Source of the DNA: the human T2T-CHM13v2.0 reference genome, Homo sapiens
DNA length: 64,000 bases
Reading direction: 5' to 3' (one strand)
Assembly: GCF_009914755.1 (NCBI RefSeq)
Contig: NC_060944.1
Position 1 is the stretch's first letter. Every line of letters begins with the position of its first letter. Shown piece by piece: positions 38,612 through 64,000 of this stretch. The position numbers and the translations under genes are program-made. The notes beneath the pieces are model-generated. The model worked only from the letters and a program-made list of their open reading frames with translations. It was not told where the DNA came from and did no database searches.

Positions 38612-39454
38612 CATTTCTTTGTCTATTTATAGAACAGGTTAAGTGACTTGTCCAAAGTAACACAGCTAAAAAGTGACAGCAGGGGTTCAAACCCATTCTC
38701 TTTAACTCCACAAATGAGTATGGTTCTCCAATTCATGCTTCCTTCAGCTAACAGAGTGTTCAAAAATGCAGATTGTAAAGGCCAGGTGAGGTGGCTTATG
38801 CCTGTAATTTCAGCACTTTGGGGAGCCAGAGTGTGAAGATGGCTGGCCTGAGCCCAGGAATTCAAGACCAGCCTGGGCAATATAGTGAGACCTTGTCTCA
38901 AAAAAAAAAAAAAAAAAAAAATTTTGCCAAGTATGGTGTCTCATGCCTGCAGTCCCAACTACTCAGGAAGCCAACACAGGAGGATCACTTGAGCCCAGGA
39001 GGTTGAGGCTGTAGTCAGCTACGATCACACCACTGCACTCCAGCCTGGGCATCAGACCTTTTATTAAGATATAAATGGAAATAATGTGTTTTAAAAATAT
39101 GATGAATTGATGAGTGGGTAGAAAGTTGGATAGATGGATCGTTGTGTGATGAAGCAAGTCATAGAAAGAGTCTAGGGGTAGCTCTATGGATGTTTGAAAC
39201 TTTTCATGCAAAATATTTGGAGGGAAGTGGCTGAATGGAAGAAAAATAAGTGAAGTGAAATCACTTCTTATGTGTGCACCTTGATTGACTTGTATTTGTA
39301 GGTCTGTAAGAATCTGTAGAGTAATAGAAGAATGGCTGTCTCCTCCTGGTAAACAGGTTTTTATGCCCTATACTTAGAGACTTCTTGTGCCTGCAACCCA
39401 GGGAACCCTACTCTCCAGTATTGAAAAAGAATGTTTATTTATTTATTATTTTAA

Positions 39455-39746
<292 letters not shown>

Positions 39747-40138
39747 TAGCTGGGACTACAGGTGCACGTCACCACACCCGGCTAATTTTTTTTGTATTTT
39801 TAGTAGAGACGGGGGTTTCACCATATTGGCCGGGGTGGTCTCAAACTTCTGACCTTGTGATCCACCCACCTCAGCCTCCCAAAGTGCTGGGATTACAGGT
39901 GTGAGCCACCACGCCAGGCCACGTAATTAAATCACCCTTAAGAGAGGAAAATAAGCACTTCTAGAGAAGGAAGTTGAACCACATTATCAAAAGGTTTGGG
40001 ACAAAGGATAATAATTACATTCTACTTGCTGGCCCAAGGTTGTTCACACCACAGGAAGGGTTTAATCTGCCTCCACTTCTGGTTTTTTACTTCCGTACAA
40101 ATTCACTGAGTCCCAAATAATGTATTTTATATGCACAA

Positions 40139-40174
<36 letters not shown>

Positions 40175-40177
40175 TAG

Positions 40178-40345
<168 letters not shown>

Positions 40346-42210
40346 TAAGTGATTCTGAAAACAAAGAAAATATAGGTATCATTTCAATGTGCTATTTGTT
40401 TTCAAAAAGGATTCCATTCATTTCATATTGCTGATGACACTCTCAGTTGATGGTTGATTTCACGGCACCTTTGCAGGCAGGCAGGATATGCCAGCATCAT
40501 TCATTGACCCGTTTGTTCCCTTCCAGAAGCCTCTAGAGCAGAGTGTTAGGTAACATGAAGGGAGAAGGGGGAGGACAGAGTTGCCTGGTGCAGAGGTGTT
40601 TGCTGAAGCTTCAGGCTTGGTTGGCTAATATAGAACCTGTGAAAAGACAGGATGTTCTTGCTTCTTTAGGAACCTTGATCACTCCATTCCTTTCAAGACC
40701 AACCAGCTGATAGCTTGGCTCACTCTCAGCCTGAGCGAATGTGTACAACAGCACGTGACTGGGTGTCCTCAAACAAAAAGATCTTGCCAGGTCTCACTGT
40801 TGATTTGTTTTAATATGTCTCCTATCTTTGCCTAATCGCATGGTAGTTTAGGCTGCAATACTGGGGCTATGCAGACACAGGATGCTGGGAGGACTTTTGG
40901 CTGCGTTCATCCTAGCTTGGCTGCTTTCGAGATGTGTTTCCCTGGGCAAGTGACTTTACTACTCTCTGTGTCTGAGTCTGACTGTTAAAGAGGGTACTGA
41001 TAGGATTACCTGCCTCATAGGGTTGTGACAGATGAAGCTCTTAGCACAATGCCTGGCCTCTAACAAGCATTCAATAAATGGGAACTACTCTTATGATTAC
41101 ACTGCTCATGTTATTCTGAAATTACTTCTTTTTAAAATTAATTATATTTTTTCTCTTCTTATAGCGTCAGGGTCTGGCTATGTTGGCCAGGTTGGTCTTG
41201 AACTCTTGGCCTCAAGCAGTCCTCCCACTTCTGCCTCCCAAAGTGCTAGGATTACAGGCTTGAGCCACCATGCCCAGTCTGAAATTACTTCTTTCATGCA
41301 AACATATGTTTTTGAGATCTTTGAAGTTCTGACTGTCGTTTTAACAGCTGCATAGGATGCCATAATTTGGATATTGCCTCCTCTGAAAACTGTTTCTTTT
41401 CCTGTCACCTCTAACCCAGTTAATAAAAAACCCAGTCACCGAAACTGTCTCTCCTTGTTGACTCTCAGCTCCTCTTTAACACATTTCTCCATTCACATTT
41501 TCTTTTCTTTTCTTTTCTTTTTGAGACAGAGTCTCGCTCTGTCACCCAAGCTGGAGTGCAGTGGCACAATCTCGCATCACTGTATCCCCAACTGCCTGGC
41601 TCAAGTGATCATCCCATCTCAGCCTCCCGAGTTGCTGGGACTACAGGCATGCACCACTCTGCCTGGCTAACATGTATTTTTTAAATTTTTAATAGATACA
41701 AGGTCTTGCTATGTTGCCCAGGCTGGTCTCAAATTCTTGAGCAGCAATCCTCCTGCCTCAGCCTCCCAAAGTGGTGGGACTACAGGTATCAGCCACCGCG
41801 CCTGGCCTCTTTATTCATTTATTAAGTTCTACTCTCATTTCAGTTAGTAAATCTATTCTTAATCTCTCTGAATCTATTCTTGACCCGTGGGTCCCTGACC
41901 TCATTCATGTGCTCTTCCTTTCCCACCCGGACCACTGCAGGCGAATGAATTCTTGTTCATGAGATTGCCTGCCACCAGGCTTAAGTGCGACAAGTCCACC
42001 TGCTACCCAGCTGTCAAATCTGCAGATCTGACCTGATAACTGCTCTGCATGTGCCCATGGCACTCATGACACCTGGTGCCAGCTATCATAAGAGTTATTG
42101 ATGACAGCAACTTATGAGTCAGAGAGTAATGGAGGGGTAGGGAACACCTAGTGTAATGTCCAAATGCTGAATCCACTAAGCCACCTTGGAGGTTTCCAGA
42201 GCTTAATTAA

Positions 42211-42650
<440 letters not shown>

Positions 42651-43179
42651 TGACACTCACTTTAAACCCCTGATACGCTGTGGCACTGTGCTTGTCCGAG
42701 CTGGTTCTTCCTGAGTGCACACTTTCCCCTAGCCATGGCTGGCCTGCCCCACGCTTGGGGAGAACCTCTTCCAGAAAGCCTCCTGCCCCTTCTGGGCTCT
42801 TCTGTCTTGACTCACTGTGTTAACAAGGTATGTGTCTGTGTTTGGGTCACTCCAAACTAGGAGGGAAGGGTCTGTGACATTCACCTTTGTGTTCCCAGTG
42901 CCTGGCACCAGGCCTGTCACATTAAATAATTGACTGACTGCATGTTTGGTCCGTAGAGGAAAATGCAAATCACCTGTAATCATATTACCCAGATAACTAG
43001 TGAAATTAATTCACTGGATATACCCTTCTAGACATTTTTCCTCCTAGCTTTATCTATCTATATTTCTTACACATACATCTTACACATGGCATTTTATTTT
43101 ATATAATCTGGATCAAACCCTACTTAATGTTTTAGAACCTTTTTACATTGAATATATCATGTGTGTGTATGCACGTGGG

Positions 43180-43237
43180 CACATTGGCTGGGAATCAAGC
43201 CCAGGTCAACTGCTTGGAAGGCGGCTATGCTCACCAC
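43180..43237 (-). pseudogene. 5'-truncated tRNA-Gly(TCC) retrocopy
   Basis: Revcomp GTGGTGAGCATAGCCGCCTTCCAAGCAGTTGACCTGGGCTTGATTCCCAGCCAATG aligns to human tRNA-Gly-TCC with CpG decay; imperfect 17-bp TSD. Confidence 0.88.
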
Positions 43238-43792
43238 ATTTAACGTATCATGGACAGTTCTTCTCATGTAATTGTTTTTTTTTTTTTTTTTGGTAAGACA
43301 CAGGTCTCACTCTCGTTTGGGCTGGAGTGCATTGGCACAATCACAGCTCACTGCAGCCTTGACCTCCCAGGCTCAAGTGATCCTCCCAACTCTGCCTCCT
43401 GAGTAGCTGGGACTATAGGCACATGCCACCATACTTGGCTAATTTTTAAAATTTTTTGTAAAAATTGGGTCTTGCTATGTTGCCCAGGCTGGTCTTCAAC
43501 TCCTGGGCTCAAGAGATGCTTCTGCCTCGGCCCCGCAAAGTGCTGGAATTACAGGCGTGAGCCACTGCACCCAGCCTTATCAAATATTCTTGTAGGCCTT
43601 GAGTTATGGTGCTGTGTGGTATTTCATTGAGAGAGTGCTCTCTGATTGAACCATTCCCTTTTCTGACATGCAGTTTATTTTCCAGCTGAAATTATTAATG
43701 TTTCTTCTCTGCTGAGAGCAATTCTTTCTCATGATGAAGAAAACAGGGTAAACAAATACTGAGTTAAAGACCATCAATAGCAGGGGAAAGTA

Positions 43793-46956
<3,164 letters not shown>

Positions 46957-46963
46957 TAAATCA

Positions 46964-47145
<182 letters not shown>

Positions 47146-47232
47146 AATAAAATTCTTCAAGCTCTGTCTCCAATGAAGGATCCTGCTATGTGGTGCCTTT
47201 TGTACTGAATTGTTTTCTTTTTTCCATGGCAG

Positions 47233-47414
47233 GACTATGGCAGCCAGGGACGCCACTTCAGGCAGCCTGTCAGAGGAGAGCAGTGCTTTGGACCTGCCAT
47301 CAGCGTGTGACATAAGAGATTACGTCCTGCAGGGACCCAGCCAAGAAGCCAACAGCGAGGCTTTCAGTTCTTTGGAATTCCATTCTTTTCCTTATTCTTC
47401 TGATGTGGATCCAG
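47233..47414 (+). other. SHLD1: SHLD1 exon 2 (4 nt 5'UTR + 178 nt CDS)
   Basis: tgttttcttttttccatggcag|GACTATG acceptor, branch-like tactgaat upstream, GT donor at 47415. Confidence 0.93.
47237..47414 (+). CDS. SHLD1: SHLD1 first coding exon, CDS part (aa 1-59 plus 1 nt, phase-1 donor)
   Basis: Translation MAARDATSGSLSEESSALDLPSACDIRDYVLQGPSQEANSEAFSSLEFHSFPYSSDVDP matches the recalled N-terminus of human SHLD1/C20orf196. Strong Kozak (ACTATGG), pyrimidine tract + CAG acceptor ending 47232, donor CAG|GTAATA at 47414/47415. LDLP motif (aa 18-21) at 47288-47299. Confidence 0.96.
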
Positions 47415-47979
47415 GTAATAAGCAGAGTTTAAAACAAACTAACTTAAAAACAACTAGCAGCAATACGGGTGTGTGATAGTTTGTTTCTCTCTCTTCCAAT
47501 AGCAGATCTCTGAGAATGCTTCATTGTCTTAGGCAGAAAAACATCTTACCTAAGCAAAGCTTTCAGGAGGAACTTCAAAGGACAGCTTACCTGGCACAGC
47601 AATGACAAGGAGCTGTTTCCTGGATGTCTTTTTGTTATTGTTGCTGTTAATCTCAGGTCTCTTTCTAATCTCCCTCAAAATGAATTCAGAAGCAGGGGAA
47701 TATTTGGTTCAACAAAGAGAGAGTGGAATTTTTTTTTGTTTTGTTCTTTTAAAACTTCAGAAAATAGCAATGTGGGCCTGTTATGTGTGATGAGTAATAA
47801 AAATAGAGACTTTAGCATTCCTTGTATGAAGTATGCTGTGGATTTAAGTAACAACCTTTCTACAAGGTTTCCTGACTAGATTGCCGAAACATCTATTATT
47901 TAAACTAATGATAATTCCCTGATGTAGGTAGTGGCCGTCTTTAGTGGTAAAGCCCTCTCTTTCATATTAATTACCTGAT

Positions 47980-48628
<649 letters not shown>

Positions 48629-48824
48629 TTAGAAAGAACTCATTGTGGGTACTAAGCAAATGTAGGCTTTAATGATGATGAATTCAGTGATGACTACAGG
48701 TAGGATGTGTAACTGTCATTGCCTTCAAGAATTCTATGGAGAAATATGTTTGGGATTCTCTGCTGATTTTCAGGACACAGAGTAATCAGGATCAGTAAGT
48801 CTCCTGTTTAATTTAGTACCTGAC

Positions 48825-49206
48825 TGTGTTAGTTCATTCTCACACTGCTATAAAGAGATACCTGAGACTGGGTAATTTATAGAGAAAAGAGGTTTAATTG
48901 GCTCACAGTTCTGCAGGCTGTACGGGAAGCATAGAAGCACCTGCTAGGCATCAATCAGGGCGGAAGGCAAAGGGGAAGCTGGCACTTCACATGGCTGAAG
49001 CAGGAGGAAGAAAGAGAGGGGGAAGGTGCTACACACTTTTAAACAACCAGATCTCATGGGAACTCAGCACCAAGGGGATGGTGCTGTAAACCAATTAGGA
49101 GGAACTGCCCCATGAACCAATCACCTCCCACCAGGCCCCACTTCCAACACTGGGGATGACAATTCCACATGACATTTCGGCAGGGACACAAATCCAAACC
49201 ATATCA
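48825..49206 (-). mobile_element. MSTA/MSTB solo LTR (MaLR)
   Basis: tgtgttagttcattctcacactgctataaag...caaaccatatca; perfect 5-bp TSD CTGAC. Confidence 0.9.
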
Positions 49207-49404
49207 CTGACCAAGAATTAGATAATTCTTTATCCTTTTCCTTTCTAGACTTAACATCTTAGTTCCTTTAACCTTCCCTTTTTTCCCTGCCATCCTGCTG
49301 CCTCTACATGACTTTCCATCCCTAAAACTGATTTTGTTCATCATCCCTGGGTAGCAACAGCATTTCTTAGAATGAGTGAATGGAGGCAGTTGAACAGAAC
49401 TTTG

Positions 49405-60218
<10,814 letters not shown>

Positions 60219-60400
60219 CTAGCATCTTTCTACTAAGTCAGTATCTTCAAGCCGATATTGGTACCCTGTCAGGGTGACTGTGACTCCTGGTCCACTGGAC
60301 CAGCATTGTGTCCACTCTTCACTGTGCTCTCCTTTCCATTTCTCCCATCTTCCTGTTGTGGAAGAAGCTTGAACTACTTGTGCACTAATTGGAGAGAAGG

Positions 60401-61550
60401 TGTTGGGGCTCAGAAAGCAGTACCCCAAAATGAAGGTCTCTGCAGCAGCCTCAGAAGCAAAAGTTTTCCTTTGACCTTTGTCTGCCCTCTTGTCTGAGTC
60501 TCATTCTCCACCCAAGGCCAGCCATAGAAGCTAGAATCCCTCTTCCCCAAGGTGGGTCATAGAAACCAGAACCCCCTTTCTCCAAACCAGCCATAGAACC
60601 TAAAAATATTACTCTAATTTTCCCTCTGCCTTTCTGGGTAAAACTTGGCCATAAAGAAATTATCTGGCTGGGTGCAGTGGCTCACCCTTGTGATCCCAGC
60701 ACTTTGGGAAGCCGAGACGGGAGGTTCGCTTGAAGCCAGGAGTTCGAGACCAGCCTGGCCAACATAGCAAGACCTCGCCTCTACAAATAAAATAAATTAA
60801 CTGGGCATGGTAGCATGCACCTACAGTCCCAGGTACTTAGGAGGCTGAGGTGGGAGGATTGCTTGAGCGCAGGAGGTTGGGGCTACAGTAAGCTACAGTC
60901 GTGCCACTGCACTTTAACCTGAGTGACAGAATGAGACCTCATCTCTTTTAAATTGAAAAAAAAAAGAAAAGAAAAATTATCTGACCTACCTTGTTTGACT
61001 GTAGGTGATAAGACCCCCATTTCAGAGAAGGTCCTGTCCCATGCCCCGAAGGAAGGAGCGCTGCTCAGAGAGGCCAAGAAGAATCTAGACAGACAGGCCT
61101 TGCTGGGCTCCCCACTGAATCTATTAACATTAGATCTTACCTTTTTTGTTCAATCATATTTCTACACTTTGATTCCCCTTTCCCAGTGCCTCCCATCTGC
61201 CCCAGTGAATATGCGCAGGGAAGGGGAATCTCTGCCCCAGGAAGACAAAAAGGCTTCTGAAGCCAGATCATTTGTTGAATTGGCAGGATCCTCTCATGTG
61301 TGCCTCCTGACCACACTGCTATTTCTGCTGTTGTAGAAATATGAAGGTCTTATTTCTACAACAAAGTCCATAGTTTATTGAACCTAAGCATAAAAATGGA
61401 CAATTTCCCCTGTATCTTTGGGTTTGCATTCTGAAGGCTTCAGTGTATACACATTAAATAAATTTGTATGCCTTTCTCCCATCAATCAATCTGCCTCATG
61501 TCAGTGATTTTCAACAAACCTCCAGGGGGCCAAGGGCCTTGGTCCCCACA
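60401..61550 (+). mobile_element. MER39 solo LTR with an AluJ (60666-60972) and a ~185-bp non-LTR insert
   Basis: TGTTGGGGCTCAGAAA...GGTCCCCACA; perfect TSD AAGG. Confidence 0.85.
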
Positions 61551-62014
61551 AAGGCATTGCCTTCTCAGTTAAATTTCTCACACCAGGTAGGATCCAACTT
61601 CTTATGTGAAAACCCAGGGAAGAAAACAAGTCAGGAATTTTAACTCCCTTTGCTGGAATCAATGAAGCCCTTGATCACTTTTTCTACCCAGAAGAAATTT
61701 TCTCATCTGGTGCCAGAACTCTTCTTATTCTTGGCTCTTTGCCCTTGAAGTTGCTGTTTGTCTGCTGAGTGGCTGCCCTTGGCCAACCTTTTAGCTCCCT
61801 GGAGTTTTTGATAGTTGGCTTTTGGTAACATGCTTGAAGTTACAAAAACCCAGCTTATTAGAACATAACTTTTAAGGATAAAGGCTTTTATGTTAATTCC
61901 TGGGTCCCCCATGTTTGACTGACCAGGTTCATGTTTTGCCCACTGCCTGGCCTAATCACACAATGCCTGCAGCTTCTGCCTGCTACGCCTAGACCCTGGT
62001 GTGAGTAGGGAATA

Positions 62015-62078
62015 AGGGTCAGTCAGTTCCTGGCACATGGTAGGTGCTCAGTAAAGGCTGGTGAATGAATAAATGAAA
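62015..62078 (+). mobile_element. L2 3' terminus
   Basis: cctggcacatggtaggtgctcagtaaa...tgaatgaataaatgaa. Confidence 0.75.
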
Positions 62079-62900
62079 AACACATATAAGTGAAACTTGA
62101 TAAGGTTTAAAAATGGAGATCAAGTATTTATCACGGTGCCCTGCTCATCCATTTGTAAAATTATCATAAAATTTAAAGCTCTGTGTGATCTGTGTAGGAT
62201 AATATAACATTTCTAAGTTAAAAGCATATATTATTACATAAGCCCTGCAGATTTGTTTAACTCTTGACTAGAAAGTCAACTAGTCTCTCTCAAAAGCCCC
62301 TGGCTTTTTTTCCTTGAAAAGAAAACAAGTAGAGAAATGAACAGCTGTAAGGAGATATAGTGCTACTGAGAATAGAATGTTATTCCTACATTTCCCCATC
62401 ATGAAGAAAGCATGTTCCTAGTGGAGTTGTTTCTTTTTTAGCAAATATTTCTGTAATAACCATGTATGCAATTATGGCTTTAAGGATACCCCTAAATTGC
62501 TTTCAAAGCTATTTTCTTAAGAAAACTGTATTCCATATTTTAAGTATGTGAGGTTTTTTTCCTTCTTAAAAATAATACAATTGAGGGGCAAATTTAAATA
62601 AATTGTAAAAAACAAAAAAACAGAGGTGTACCCCCATTTCTTCCTAGTATATTCAGTAGTTGTTGTTTTGTCCAGAATTTTCTTTTACAAATTGGAAAAT
62701 ATTAGGGATTGTAAAATGCAGTATAAATAAGATGAGGAAGTGACCCTCAGACTAACACCATTTTAGAAGTTGAGTTTGAGGAAAAATGGTTAAAATAATA
62801 TTGCATGTTTTCAGCCAATAATACCCAGAGAGCTGCTGCTCTGAGCCTAGGCCTGGAGGTGGTGCCTGGCGAGTTCTTGCTATCAGACAGTGTTTGAGTC

Positions 62901-62919
62901 TACTGCCCTCTGGTGGCTA
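62901..62919 (-). promoter_or_regulatory. CTCF binding motif
   Basis: Reverse complement TAGCCACCAGAGGGCAGTA closely matches the CTCF core consensus; lies in non-repetitive sequence. Confidence 0.75.
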
Positions 62920-63212
62920 CTTGTTACACTTTCCTGAGCCTTACTGAGAAAAAGAATTTAAACGTACCAGATGTGTGTTAAACCTTTCTCATTTGTTCTT
63001 TGCAGAGTTCTGTGCCTACTCGAGGTAGAATTAAAAGTTCTCAGAGATTATTTTACTCAACTGAAATCCAAGGAGGTAATTTCTCTTAAGGTCACCACTG
63101 TTAGTTATATTCACTGCACATGAATTATATAATTTGAAATCTTTTTTCATTTATCCAGCTGGGTTGATTTCAGGCTAGAATACACACATGAATAGTGATG
63201 TCTAATTTTTTT

Positions 63213-63999
<787 letters not shown>

Positions 64000-64000
64000 C

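Noticed and set aside
43180-43237. Functional tRNA-Gly gene
   Set aside because: It lacks the 5' acceptor strand and part of the A box, and the B box is mutated
47210-47476. 88-aa ORF as a single-exon protein
   Set aside because: It starts at a non-ATG codon in the polypyrimidine tract and runs past the donor; only 47237-47414 is SHLD1 CDS

Overview
Primate, almost certainly human, genomic DNA covering the 5' end of SHLD1 (C20orf196, shieldin complex subunit 1) on the + strand. It contains about 24.6 kb of upstream sequence, a small CpG-rich promoter/first exon near 24.6-24.85 kb, a ~22.4 kb intron 1, the first coding exon (47233-47414, ATG 47237, MAARDATSGSLSEESSALDLPSACD...) and the start of intron 2. 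The rest is a dense transposon record: about 90 Alu copies by hand count (~40% of the window), several ERV1/MaLR solo LTRs with intact TSDs, L1/L2/MIR fragments, hAT MITEs and a near full-length Tigger7. Almost all ORFs in the supplied track are Alu artefacts. I found no new multi-gene system. Best leads: (1) two alternative exon-1 splice donors that turn a strong-Kozak upstream ATG (also a palindromic YY1 site) into either an in-frame 13-aa N-terminal extension of SHLD1 or a short uORF, plus an overlapping out-of-frame ORF; (2) three tiny retroposed inserts with TSDs (tRNA-Ala, tRNA-Gly, unidentified RNA); (3) several fold-back/template-switch scars, one bordering a structured ~185-bp foreign insert in a MER39 LTR; (4) a candidate poison exon beside a strong CTCF site. 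Repeat family names are from recalled consensus sequences, and most repeat boundaries are approximate.
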